Shown: in pieces, positions 27,293-36,752 of the stretch
Layout: every line of letters begins with the position of its first letter
Numbering within the stretch: the stretch's first letter is position 1
Origin: an uncultured Spirochaetota bacterium
Lineage (GTDB): Bacteria; Spirochaetota; Spirochaetia; SZUA-6; Fen-1364
Assembly (NCBI GenBank): GCA_963753085.1
Contig: CAVWBF010000025.1
Location: forward strand, 7,676-71,675
Direction of reading: 5' to 3'
Length of the DNA: 64,000 bases
The notes under the pieces: generated by a model
The model's database searches: none
What the model saw: the letters and a program-made list of their open reading frames with translations, nothing else
Told to the model about the DNA's origin: nothing
Position numbers and translations under genes: made by a program

Positions 27293-28444
27293 CTACTTGG
27301 AGATGACGATCTTCCCCTGGTCGTCCACGACGTACAGGAACATGGGCACGCCCTCGCGGTCACCCTTGTCCGTGAACCCGATCTTGCCGGTGATCCCCGG
27401 AACGCCGTTCACCTTGTTCCTGAGGTAGTCCGCCAGCACTGTCCCGTCTGTGGAACCGGTCTTGTCGACGGCGTAGGCAATGATGTTCACCGCGTCCGCG
27501 GCGTAGACGGGCCAGGGGCTCGAAGGGATGTCACCGAACTTGTCCTTGTAGGCCTTGAGGAACTCCGCGGCCTCTCCGGTGGGGAGGTCCGCCGGCAAGG
27601 GCTCGTTGGTCATGTAGCAGCCCTTGGCAATGTCCAGTCCGGCGATTTTCACAAACTCGTCGTTGATGGCGGCGTTGCCGCCCACGAACGGGCAGGTGAT
27701 CCCGATCTCCCGCGCCTGGGTGACCAGGAGCGCGGCTTCCGCATAGTAGCCGGTGTAGTACCACACGTCGGGTTTGGTCTCCCGCATCTTGGTGAGAGGC
27801 ACGTGGAAGTCTTTCTCCCCCGGAGTGATGGCATCGTAATAGACGATCTGGATCTTGCCGGCGTCGATCTGGGACTTCAAGGCGTCACGGGTGTTCTCCG
27901 CAAGTCCTTTCCCGAAAGCGGTGTTGTCGTGCATGATGGCGATCTTGCGGGCGGAGAACTTCTGGGGCACAAAGTCCGCAAAGAACTTGCCCTGGGAATC
28001 ATCACGGCCGCAGGTGCGGAAGAAGTACTTCAAGCCGCGCTCGGTCAGGCGGACTGCGGTGGCTCCGTAGGCAATGTTCACCATCCGGCGCTTCTCGTAG
28101 ATGTTGGAAGCGGGCTCGGTGATGGAAGAGCCGTACGAGGAGATGGAAGCCACAATGCCCTTTTGCCCGGCGATCTTGGTGGCGGCAAGAGCTCCTGTCT
28201 GCGGCTGGCCGGCATCATCTTCCACGATAACCTGGACCTGCCTGCCGCCCAGTATGCCGCCTTTCTGGTTGATGAGCGCAGCGGCAATCTCCGTGGCCTG
28301 CTTTGCCATCTGGCCCTCGTATGCCCAGGGACCGGTGATGGGTCCCTGGAGGCCGATCACCACGGGGGGCCGGGAGTCGGCGGCAAACCCGGCAAACGCG
28401 CAGACGAGAAGAAGCGCGCTCGCAATTGCAACGAGTCGTTTCAC
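27293..28444 (-). CDS. branched-chain amino acid ABC transporter substrate-binding protein (LivJ/K family)
   Basis: GTG start after AAGGAGG; signal peptide; GPITGPWAYEG, INQKGGILG and FFRTCGRDDSQG motifs. Confidence 0.9.
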   Translation of the reverse strand: MKRLVAIASALLLVCAFAGFAADSRPPVVIGLQGPITGPWAYEGQMAKQATEIAAALINQKGGILGGRQVQVIVEDDAGQPQTGALAATKIAGQKGIVASISSYGSSITEPASNIYEKRRMVNIAYGATAVRLTERGLKYFFRTCGRDDSQGKFFADFVPQKFSARKIAIMHDNTAFGKGLAENTRDALKSQIDAGKIQIVYYDAITPGEKDFHVPLTKMRETKPDVWYYTGYYAEAALLVTQAREIGITCPFVGGNAAINDEFVKIAGLDIAKGCYMTNEPLPADLPTGEAAEFLKAYKDKFGDIPSSPWPVYAADAVNIIAYAVDKTGSTDGTVLADYLRNKVNGVPGITGKIGFTDKGDREGVPMFLYVVDDQGKIVISK

Positions 28445-28486
28445 GGCGGTTTCCTCCTTATACATGGAATGCAAAAAGATACGGAA

Positions 28487-28516
28487 GTTATAGTCTCCAG
28501 CCGCCGAAGGTGTCAA
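28487..28516 (-). promoter_or_regulatory. sigma70 promoter of the liv operon
   Basis: Minus strand TTGACA (28516-28511), 18-nt spacer, TATAAC (28492-28487). Confidence 0.65.
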
Positions 28517-28553
28517 GGAAAGAGCCCGTGCGGAAAGCGCCGACCGCAGGCTG

Positions 28554-29408
28554 CTAACCCTTGACTGCTCCCGCGGTGAGCCCTTCGACGATATAGCGGT
28601 GCGCAAGCATGAAAGCGATCAGGACAGGCAGGACGGTGACGGTTGCGCCGGCGGTCAGCTCACCCCAGTAGGTTCCCCAGCTCCCGATGAGCCGGCTCAC
28701 CTCCACGGTGAGAGTGCGGGCCGTGATGGAGGAGGTAAAGGTGTTGGCGAACAGGAAGTCGTTCCATGACAGAAGGAATGCATAAATGCCGGTCGTTGCC
28801 AGCCCGGGCGCCGAAAGGGGCACGGCAATCTGCAGCAGTGCCTGCAGCCGGGTGGACCCGTCGATGAATGCGCTCTCGAAAAGCTCGTGGGGAATGCTTC
28901 TATAATATGAGGACGCCAGAAGGAAGCAGAAGGGGATGGTGAAGGTCGTGTAACTGACAATGAGCCCCCAGTAGGTGTCCAGGAGCCGGTAGTCTTTCAG
29001 GATGGCATACAGGGGGACCACGAGCATGATGCCCGGGATCATCTGGAGGGAAAGTACGAACCGGGTGATGATCACGGACCCCGGCAGGCGCAGGATGCTG
29101 ATTGCAAACGCCGCGGGGGTGATCACGACCAGGCAGGCCAGGATGGTGGAAGCGGATATGACGGACGTGTTGAAAAAGATCCGCCCCAGGTGCGCGCTTG
29201 CAAACACGTTGACATAATGATTGAAGGTGACAGCCGGAGGAAGAAGGTACATCGTGAGGCTGATGATGTTCTTGTCGAGCTTCACCGAGGTGGTCAGCAT
29301 CCAGAAGAAAGGAAAGACCACGAAGAGCATCAGGAGCACCATGAGGACAATCGCCGCCGCTCGCGCGGCACCTTGACCTTTGTGGAGGCGATGCGCCCGG
29401 GCTCTCAT
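28554..29408 (-). CDS. carbohydrate ABC transporter permease (MalG type)
   Basis: PFFWMLTTSVK, EAA-like ESAFIDG, WNDFLFA and EGLTAGAVKG motifs. ATG overlaps the upstream stop. Confidence 0.9.
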   Translation of the reverse strand: MRARAHRLHKGQGAARAAAIVLMVLLMLFVVFPFFWMLTTSVKLDKNIISLTMYLLPPAVTFNHYVNVFASAHLGRIFFNTSVISASTILACLVVITPAAFAISILRLPGSVIITRFVLSLQMIPGIMLVVPLYAILKDYRLLDTYWGLIVSYTTFTIPFCFLLASSYYRSIPHELFESAFIDGSTRLQALLQIAVPLSAPGLATTGIYAFLLSWNDFLFANTFTSSITARTLTVEVSRLIGSWGTYWGELTAGATVTVLPVLIAFMLAHRYIVEGLTAGAVKG

Positions 29409-30276
29409 TTGTTCAACCAGCTGTACAGCGGACCCGCCGTGAGGCTGAGGACCAGGAAGAGGAAGACGCCCATGGCAGCGGCGTACCCCATGTCGAAGTT
29501 TACGAACGCCTGTTGATACAGGAACGTGGGGATCACTTCCGTGGCGTGCAAGGGACCACCTCCCGTGAGAAGGTAGATGACGTCGAAGTTCGTGAAAGTC
29601 CAGATGAGGTGGAACACCACGATGACTGCGGACACATGCCGTATGCCCGGAGGGTAATGGTGCGAAACCTCCTGACCCACCCCGCCCCGTCAACCTCCGC
29701 CGCCTCATAGAGCTCCCGAGGGATGGTGGCAAGCCCCGCTGTCAGCGTGATGGTATAGAAGGGGAAGCTTCGCCACACGTTGACGAACAGCACGGTAGGC
29801 ATGACGAGGGCCAGGTCACCAAGCCAGTTCTCGTTGACCAGGCTATGGAAGCCGAGGATGTTCAGGAACTGGTCAATGAAGCCGTACCCGCCGGAAAGGA
29901 GGAATCTCCAGATCAGGGAATTGATTGCAATTGGCACTGCCCACGGGAGCAGCACGAGCGCCTTGGGAAGGTTTTTCATCCTGATGAAGGTGCTGTTCAG
30001 AAGAAGCGCTGAGGCCAGTCCGACGATATATTCGAAGACCACGGAGCCAAGGGTGAAGACGAGGGAGTTGCGCGCCGTTACCCCCAGAAGGGGCTCCTTG
30101 AACACAAGCCTGGCAAAGTTGGCCAGGCCAATGAAGGGCCGGCTGCCCGGGCGCAGGTAATTGACGTCGTGGAGGCTCAGACCGATTGCGCTGAGAAACG
30201 GGTACAGGTAGACCGCCGCGATGAAAAGAAAAAGGGGGAGAAAGTAAGCGTAACCGGAGACAGTGCCCTTCTTCAC
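29405..30276 (-). pseudogene. carbohydrate ABC transporter permease (MalF type), frameshifted near 29650 (probably a sequencing error)
   Basis: The N-terminal frame ends ...ELYEAAEVDGAGWVRRFRTITL and a second frame continues GIRHVSAV...LLTGGGP. One added C (CTC CCG GGC) gives a 290-aa intact permease. Confidence 0.85.
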
Positions 30277-30299
30277 TCCCCCTCCATACCAGGGTCCGT

Positions 30300-31583
30300 C
30301 TATTTGTTGACGGACGTGTCCAGGTAGCTTTTCACGCCGTTCCAGAAATCCTGCGCTGCCTGATCAGGGCTCGCCTTTTTGTACAGCACCTGCTGCACTT
30401 CGTCCATTGTCAGCTTCAGGGCAGGCCCGAAAGGAATGGACGGCATTGAGTGCCCAGCGGAAACGGTGTCGAGGAAGGTCCCGCGCCAGACGGGGTCATT
30501 CTTCCAGAACGGGGAGTCCTTGGAGTCGGAACGGGAAGGCAGGTTGTCGAACTGGGTCACGAAGACCATGTTGTCCCGGCTGTAGAGCCATTTCATGAAG
30601 CCGATCGTTTCTTGCTTGTGCTTGGCAAACTTGCTGATTCCTTCCACTTTGACTTCGAGGTAGGTGGCGGGCACCTTGTCGTAAGGGAAGGGAGCCGTCT
30701 TCCAGGATTTTCCGGTGTCGGCCTGGTCCGCCCGGCCTCTCATCCATGAGCCGTCCTGAACCATGGCAACCTGGCCTGCCTGGTAAGCGGGGTCCAGCTG
30801 ATCCCACTCCCAGCCGATGCTGTCCGGCGGCATGGACTGATCGGTGAACATCATGTCGTAGTAGAGCTGGAAGACTTCCTTTGCCTGGTCAACGGTGAAA
30901 CCGGGGACCCATCTGCCGTTTTCCAGCTTCACAAGCTCCGCTCCCGTGGACCAGAGCAGGACGGCAAACTCCTGCGGGCCGCGGACCGCCTTGCTGGATG
31001 AGCAGAATGCCATTCCGTACTGGCTGGGGGCCGACGTAAGCTTCCTGGCAGCGTCCCGCAAATCCGCCCAGGTCTTCGGGACGGCGATGCCGGCCTTCGA
31101 GAACAGGTCGTCACGGTACACGAGCACCCGGGTGGATGCTATGCTCGGAACGCCGTAGATCCTGCCGTTGACGCTGGCAACCTTCCACGTGCTTTCAGGG
31201 AACTTGTCGTAATCAGTCCATGCCTTCATGGGGGAGGTGATGTCCTCCAGGAAGCCCATGCTGACGAAATCAGGGACCCACTCCCCGAGCATGTGAATCA
31301 CATCAGGCCCCTCCTGGGCCTGGCCGGCGACAATGAACTTCTGCCGCAGCTGATCGTACTGCATGATGTTGTGTTGGATCGTGATCCCAGGATGGAGCTT
31401 CGAGTACTCCGCGTACTTCTGCTCGTGTTCCTTGCCGTCCCCGGGAAGCGCGGGGTCGAAAACGTTCCAGACCTGCAGCGTGATCGGCTGGGCCGACGCC
31501 CCGGGCTTTTCCTGCCCGCCGGCGGCAAAGGCGCCCGTGGCGATCATCGTCAAGGCAAATGCCAGAAAGAGGATTCGTCTCAT
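30300..31583 (-). CDS. carbohydrate ABC transporter substrate-binding protein (CUT1)
   Basis: Signal MRRILFLAFALTMIATGAFAAGGQEK; GPDV, GRIYGVP and VPKTWADL motifs; GGAGG RBS. Confidence 0.9.
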   Translation of the reverse strand: MRRILFLAFALTMIATGAFAAGGQEKPGASAQPITLQVWNVFDPALPGDGKEHEQKYAEYSKLHPGITIQHNIMQYDQLRQKFIVAGQAQEGPDVIHMLGEWVPDFVSMGFLEDITSPMKAWTDYDKFPESTWKVASVNGRIYGVPSIASTRVLVYRDDLFSKAGIAVPKTWADLRDAARKLTSAPSQYGMAFCSSSKAVRGPQEFAVLLWSTGAELVKLENGRWVPGFTVDQAKEVFQLYYDMMFTDQSMPPDSIGWEWDQLDPAYQAGQVAMVQDGSWMRGRADQADTGKSWKTAPFPYDKVPATYLEVKVEGISKFAKHKQETIGFMKWLYSRDNMVFVTQFDNLPSRSDSKDSPFWKNDPVWRGTFLDTVSAGHSMPSIPFGPALKLTMDEVQQVLYKKASPDQAAQDFWNGVKSYLDTSVNK

Positions 31584-31686
31584 ACCGTGGTCACCTCCGT
31601 TTCAGGATTTCTGCGGCGGAGCGGCGGAGCGACGGCCCGCCGAACGCCACCCACCTGAACAGTAGCGCCGCGGCATTGGCGGTGTA

Positions 31687-31723
31687 AATGTGAGCGTTGT
31701 GCTCTCGATAGCATTCTTGTGCT
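31687..31723 (-). promoter_or_regulatory. putative AraC-family tandem binding site, SBP side
   Basis: AGCACAA repeated at 20-bp spacing; 24/37 identity with 32612-32648. Confidence 0.55.
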
Positions 31724-31729
31724 TCCCTG

Positions 31730-32611
31730 TCAGAGGGCGCTGCGTCGGTATTCGCCGGGTGACATCCCCGTGTGCTTTCGGAAAAGACGGCAGAAGTAAT
31801 TCACATCCGGTATGCCGCAGGAATACGCGATTTCTTTCACGGTCAGGGTTCGGGAATACAGGAGCGAGAGCGCCCGCCGCAGCCGCAGGTCCTCCAGGTA
31901 GTCCCGCGGTGACATTCCCTCCATCTCTTTGAAGAGCCGTGCAAAGTGGGACCTGCTCAGCCCCGCCATGTCGGCCATGGCGGAGACGCTCACGTCATTC
32001 TGCAGATTCTCCCGCAGGTGCTTTTTCAGCGCTTCGAAGCGCGAGGCGTCCTCACGGGCGGCTGAGGCGTAGGATTCCTGCAGCAGCGCCATGGAAAGGC
32101 TGTACGCCAGGGTGGAGTTCTGGAACGCCCCAAGAGGCCGTCCCGAGAAGAGCACTTTGAGAGTTTCATGGAATTCACTGGGAATTCCTGACACTTCCCC
32201 CATGGGCATCACGTTCCCGACGCGCCGCTCGATGCCGGAGATGATCCGCAGGAGCTCGCTGCCGTACACGACAAGGAAGACAAACTCCCACTGAGGCGAG
32301 CCGCGGGGGAGGAAGTAGCGGTGCGGGCTGGGAATGTCGACCACCATGAGGGTTCTCTCCGTCAGGTCCAAGGAACCGGATCGGGTCTCCAGGCAGCCCT
32401 GGCCGGCGAGGGTGAGCTGGAGGACCGCGAAGTTTGCGCTTCCGCGCGCAAGACCGTCCCAGCTGTAGCTCTCCGAGGTTTCAATGGAATGGCCCCCGCT
32501 GGAGATCATTGCATGAAGAGGGATGCGCCGCTCGCGTCGGAAGACCGAGGTGGAACGGAGGGGAAGCCGCTTGAGACGGGTGTAAGTATCCATGCCCGCC
32601 GCCGGCGGCAT
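31730..32611 (-). CDS. AraC-family transcriptional regulator
   Basis: Cupin-like N-terminus; SRSHFARLFK and VKEIAYSCGIPDVNYFCRLFRKHTGMSPGEYR. Start is 32611 or 32593. Confidence 0.92.
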   Translation of the reverse strand: MPPAAGMDTYTRLKRLPLRSTSVFRRERRIPLHAMISSGGHSIETSESYSWDGLARGSANFAVLQLTLAGQGCLETRSGSLDLTERTLMVVDIPSPHRYFLPRGSPQWEFVFLVVYGSELLRIISGIERRVGNVMPMGEVSGIPSEFHETLKVLFSGRPLGAFQNSTLAYSLSMALLQESYASAAREDASRFEALKKHLRENLQNDVSVSAMADMAGLSRSHFARLFKEMEGMSPRDYLEDLRLRRALSLLYSRTLTVKEIAYSCGIPDVNYFCRLFRKHTGMSPGEYRRSAL

Positions 32612-32648
32612 GGTACATCATTGCTATTGTTAGCACAATTGACATATT
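32612..32648 (+). promoter_or_regulatory. putative AraC-family binding site, GH4 side
   Basis: GGTACATCATTGCTATTGTTAGCACAATTGACATATT resembles the reverse complement of 31687-31723. Confidence 0.55.
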
Positions 32649-32721
32649 CTGCCTGGCCTCTGCCGGGGATATGTTTTCAGGGCGAACACGCCACACCGCA
32701 CGCAACAAGGAGCACGCGAAA

Positions 32722-34092
32722 ATGGGACTGCGAATAGCGTTTATCGGCGCGGGGAGCATTGAGTTCACCCGCAAGCTGGTGGCTGACCTGCTCACCGTGC
32801 CTCAGTTTGACAACGCCGAGATCCGGCTCATGGACATCGACAATGGGAACCTGGAACGGGTGAGCGGCCTGATTGCCCGGGACCTCGGCGCAAACGGCAA
32901 GGACCGGGTGAAGCTCACGAACACGCTGGACCAGAGGGAAGCGGTCCGCGGCGCCTCCTACATCCTGAGCGTGGCTCGTATCGGCGGTCTGGAGGCGTTC
33001 CGGCACGATGTGGAGATTCCGCTCCGCTACGGCGTGGACCAGTGCGTCGGGGACACGATCTGCGCCGGGGGCGTCATGTACGGGCAGCGCACCATCCCCT
33101 TCATTCTTGACCTGTGCCGCGACATCCGTGAGGAGGGCGCGCCCGGGGCCATTCTCCTGAATTACGTGAACCCGATGGCCATGAACACCTGGGCGGCCAA
33201 CGCCTACGGCGGCGTGAAAACGATCGGCCTCTGCCACGGCGTTCAGCACGGCCACTCTCAGATTGCCAGGGCGCTCGGTCTGCCCAAGGCGGAGGTGGAC
33301 ATCGTCTGTGCCGGAATCAATCACCAGACGTGGTACATCAAGGTCCTTCACCAGGGAAAGGACATGACGGGGAAGCTCCTTTCGGCATTCGAGCGGGACC
33401 CCGAGCTCAGTCGTCAGGAGAAAGTCAGGATCGACATGCTGCGGAGGTTCGGCTATTACAGCACGGAGTCCAACGGCCACCTGAGCGAGTACGTGCCGTG
33501 GTACCGAAAGAGGCGCGCTGAGATCGAGGGTTGGATCGACCACAGCGAATGGATTCACGGGGAGACGGGAGGCTACCTCAGGCACTGCGAAGAGCAGCGC
33601 GCCCACTTCGACGGGGATTACGACACCTGGAAAAAAGAGCCGCCCCGTCTGTACGAGCCGGCGGCCCGCTCGGAAGAGCACGGATCGTTCATCATCGAGG
33701 CGCTGGAGACCGGACGCCGCTACCGCGGCCACTTCAACACGGTGAACGGGGGCTGCATCACGAACCTCCCTCCCGACTCGATCATCGAGGCGCCGGGCTA
33801 CGTGGATGCCACTGGGATCTGGATGCCCGTCCTCGGAGATCTGCCGCTCGGGCCGGCGGCGGTCTGCAATGCCAGCATCTCGGTGCAGAGACTCGCCGTG
33901 CAGGCTGCCGTGCGCGGGGACGACATGCTGCTTCGGCAGGCAATGATGATGGATCCCCTTGTTGGAGCGGTCTGCAATCCTCCCGAGATCTGGCGGATGG
34001 TAGACGACATGCTTGTTGCTGAAAAGGAATGGCTGCCCCAGTACTCCAAGGCGATAGCAGATGCGGAGAAGAGGCTGGCAGTCAAGCGATAG
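32722..34092 (+). CDS. melA: GH4 NAD+/Mn2+-dependent glycoside hydrolase (MelA-like alpha-galactosidase/alpha-glucosidase)
   Basis: IGAGSIEF, YGVDQCVGDT, NYVNPMA, GLCHGV, AGINHQTW and TESNGHLSEY motifs; AAGGAG RBS. Substrate specificity is uncertain. Confidence 0.85.
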   Translation: MGLRIAFIGAGSIEFTRKLVADLLTVPQFDNAEIRLMDIDNGNLERVSGLIARDLGANGKDRVKLTNTLDQREAVRGASYILSVARIGGLEAFRHDVEIPLRYGVDQCVGDTICAGGVMYGQRTIPFILDLCRDIREEGAPGAILLNYVNPMAMNTWAANAYGGVKTIGLCHGVQHGHSQIARALGLPKAEVDIVCAGINHQTWYIKVLHQGKDMTGKLLSAFERDPELSRQEKVRIDMLRRFGYYSTESNGHLSEYVPWYRKRRAEIEGWIDHSEWIHGETGGYLRHCEEQRAHFDGDYDTWKKEPPRLYEPAARSEEHGSFIIEALETGRRYRGHFNTVNGGCITNLPPDSIIEAPGYVDATGIWMPVLGDLPLGPAAVCNASISVQRLAVQAAVRGDDMLLRQAMMMDPLVGAVCNPPEIWRMVDDMLVAEKEWLPQYSKAIADAEKRLAVKR

Positions 34093-34109
34093 CGCCGACC
34101 GCCGGCCTT

Positions 34110-35918
34110 CTACCCGTTCGGAGTGTCCGCCGCTCCCGCCCGCGCCTGCGACCGTTTCCCGGCGAGGCGCCGAAGCTCAGTGAAGGTCATCTCCGCAAGC
34201 ACGTACAGGAGCACGGCCATCTGCGGGGCGAATGTCTCCCAGGTCGGGTACATCCCAAAGACCCCTGTCGAGGGCAGCGCGGGAAGGGAATGGGCAGGCA
34301 GCACGGCTGCAACCTGCAGGGAGTGGATGCTCTCCCCCGCGATCTTGAATGCCAGGTAGTAGATCAGAAGCGTTGCGACCAGGAAGAACCAGTGCAGGGG
34401 GAGACGCACGCTGAAGCGGATGATCAGGTAGCCAATGACCAGGAGGATGAAGAGCGCGACCCCGATCCCGAGGAGCAGATGCGCAAGGGAAATGGCCGGC
34501 GCAATGCCGATGTAGAACACCACGGACTCCGCCCCCTCGCGCAGAACGGCCAGAAGCGCCAGGGCGAAGATGGACCACATGCTCCCCGTGGCCAGCGCCC
34601 CACCCACCTTTTTCCGGATGAACGTGTTCCACGACTGGAGACTCGAGCGCCGATGCAGCCACGCGCCGACGGTCACCATGAGGGCGACTGACGCCAGCCC
34701 GACGAACCCTTCCAGCTGCTCCCGCGCGCTTCCAGCGGTTGCCGCGGTGAGCACGAACCCGAGGATCACGGCCAGGATCCCGCTCAGGAGCAGCCCCGAG
34801 CCCGCCCCCGACCAGACCCAGATCTCTCTTCGTCTGCCCTCTGCCTTCCTCAACATTGCCAGGAGCGCGGCGAGCACGAGAAGCGCCTCCATTCCCTCGC
34901 GGAGGAGGATCATCCCCGCATCCCAGGCCGTGTAGCTGGTCAGCTCCTTGAGGCCGGTGAGCTGGGAGGTCATCTGTGAAATGATCTGCGCGGCGCGGTC
35001 GCGGCTGGCGGGCCCCGAGAGGAGAAGCCCGCCGGCGTCCGTCATCTCGTTCTCCACTTGCGCATAGACCGTGGCGGATCTTGCTTTGACCTCTCCCTCG
35101 GCAAGAGGCCACATGCTCATGAAAGCCTGCATACTGCCCGACGCGTCGCGGGGTTTTCCGGCGCTCAGGGCTGCATTGGCCTGGCCGAGGAGCTTGAGGA
35201 GGTCGGGGATGCCGTGGGCCACCGTGGGGGCATTGGCCGCTGGGGTCGCCCCGCTTGCCCTGCTCTGGGTCGCCGAAAGCAGGTCAGTCAGCGCCTCTTT
35301 GGCCGCGGCAAAGTCCGCTGGCTGCGCCTTCAGCGCAGAAAGCGAGTTGTCGATCCCGGCTTCGATCCGCGCGTACGACGCCGGGTCTTTCTCCTGCACC
35401 GAGTTCTCCGCCACTCCCCAGAGCGCGTCGAAGATCTGGACTCTCCCCGCGGCCAGGCCCGGCCGGGAGTCCTGCGCGGCATCCAGGCTCTCCGCGGCAA
35501 TCGACCCCAGGGCAGTGAAAAACTGCGCGCTTGCGGGGTCGCCCTCCGCGCGCGCGGAGGTCAGGAAGGCGCTGAGCGCGGACCCCAGGTCGGCCAGAGC
35601 AGGCTGCACGCGCGCGGGAGCGACGGACGCCTCCAGGAGCGCGCGGGCCGCGGTGTTCAAAGCTGCCTCAATTTTTCGCGTGGATTCCGAGGGGGCGGGG
35701 TTGCGCATATGCCAGCGCATGGCGAACTGTTCAAGCAGGTCGACGGAGCTTTTCCATTCTCCTGCCGAGGCCTGCGTGTAAGAGCGCTCCAGGGGGAGGA
35801 GCATCTCATCGAGTTTCGACGGAGCCGGGCTTTGCCCCCACAGGGAAGGTCCGATGACAACAAAGGCCGCCATGAGCGCGGCCGCGGAAAGGGTCCACCC
35901 GCGGAATGGAAGCTTCAT
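34110..35918 (-). CDS. FTR1/EfeU-family iron permease with a large N-terminal periplasmic helical region
   Basis: Two REGxE motifs (LREGMEA, LREGAES) and a multi-TM C-terminal half; signal-like N-terminus. Start is uncertain. Confidence 0.88.
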   Translation of the reverse strand: MKLPFRGWTLSAAALMAAFVVIGPSLWGQSPAPSKLDEMLLPLERSYTQASAGEWKSSVDLLEQFAMRWHMRNPAPSESTRKIEAALNTAARALLEASVAPARVQPALADLGSALSAFLTSARAEGDPASAQFFTALGSIAAESLDAAQDSRPGLAAGRVQIFDALWGVAENSVQEKDPASYARIEAGIDNSLSALKAQPADFAAAKEALTDLLSATQSRASGATPAANAPTVAHGIPDLLKLLGQANAALSAGKPRDASGSMQAFMSMWPLAEGEVKARSATVYAQVENEMTDAGGLLLSGPASRDRAAQIISQMTSQLTGLKELTSYTAWDAGMILLREGMEALLVLAALLAMLRKAEGRRREIWVWSGAGSGLLLSGILAVILGFVLTAATAGSAREQLEGFVGLASVALMVTVGAWLHRRSSLQSWNTFIRKKVGGALATGSMWSIFALALLAVLREGAESVVFYIGIAPAISLAHLLLGIGVALFILLVIGYLIIRFSVRLPLHWFFLVATLLIYYLAFKIAGESIHSLQVAAVLPAHSLPALPSTGVFGMYPTWETFAPQMAVLLYVLAEMTFTELRRLAGKRSQARAGAADTPNG

Positions 35919-35976
35919 CGAATATATATGAGTGTTTCTGTCAGGTATTGTCAAGAGTTTATATGCATTAATTCAT

Positions 35977-36705
35977 TCAGGAAGCGGGCGTCTCGTACCG
36001 GATATGCTGGGATTTTTCCAGTGGGACTTTGACCTCCGCCGGGGCTTCCCGGCCGCTATCCGTGTGCCTGCCATCGGGTCGGTTGCCGCCAAGCAGGATA
36101 GTCTCCCCCTGCCTCTCCAGAACGTTGAAAGTTGCCCCCGGCTTGATTCCACTCTCGTGACAGAAATCGAGCATGCGGGGGATCTGCTCCCCCTCCTCGG
36201 TGATCCTGATGATTCTTACACGCGCGCCTGGCGGGGCATCGCTCAGCCGGGGGGCGCTCAGGAGCTTTGCTTCCACGGCTGACCCCGGCATGGGATTTCC
36301 ATGGGGACAGGTCTGCGGAGATCCAAGCCTCGTGTAGAGGTGCTCGGTCAGGTCATCGGAGATCTCGCTCTGCAGCCTCTTTGCCTCGTCATCCGCCTTC
36401 TCCCAGGGATAGTCGAGGACGCGCACCAGCAGGTGCTCCAGGAGGTAGTGGCGCCTGAGGACCTTCCTGGCGAAGGCACGGCCCTGCTCGGTGAGCTCGA
36501 TGCTCTCGTAACGGATGTATCGCGCCAGCCCAAGCCGCTTGAGCCGGCCCAGCGCCTGCGTGACGGCGGAGCCGCTCACGCCCGTCCAGGCAGCCAGGCG
36601 GGAGTTGCTCACGCGTCCATAGTCACGGGCAAGAATGTAGATTCCGCTCACGTACTCCGCCGCGGCCGGGAAGCGCTTGCGCACGAGGGCCGCATCGATT
36701 TCCAC
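35977..36705 (-). CDS. DtxR/IdeR-family metal-dependent repressor with a C-terminal FeoA/SH3-like domain
   Basis: EYVSGIY, SAVTQALGRL, LRRHYLLEHLL and PQTCPHGNPMP motifs. TATATT lies 6 nt before the GTG (possibly leaderless). Confidence 0.9.
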   Translation of the reverse strand: MEIDAALVRKRFPAAAEYVSGIYILARDYGRVSNSRLAAWTGVSGSAVTQALGRLKRLGLARYIRYESIELTEQGRAFARKVLRRHYLLEHLLVRVLDYPWEKADDEAKRLQSEISDDLTEHLYTRLGSPQTCPHGNPMPGSAVEAKLLSAPRLSDAPPGARVRIIRITEEGEQIPRMLDFCHESGIKPGATFNVLERQGETILLGGNRPDGRHTDSGREAPAEVKVPLEKSQHIRYETPAS

Positions 36706-36752
36706 CCACTGAATATACTGCGTCGGCGCGCTCCGTGGCCGCAGCGCCGCTC

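Noticed and set aside
28445-28553. Possible glycine or amino-acid riboswitch ahead of liv (GCCGAAGG motif)
   Set aside because: The motif is on the wrong strand and lies within the promoter spacer; the leader is only ~35 nt.
26858-28564. 568-aa plus-strand ORF
   Set aside because: Antisense shadow of the liv SBP and livH genes, caused by GC3 bias.
29640-29660. Programmed ribosomal frameshifting at the permease breaks
   Set aside because: No slippery heptamer or evident stimulator; a single-base indel explains it more simply.
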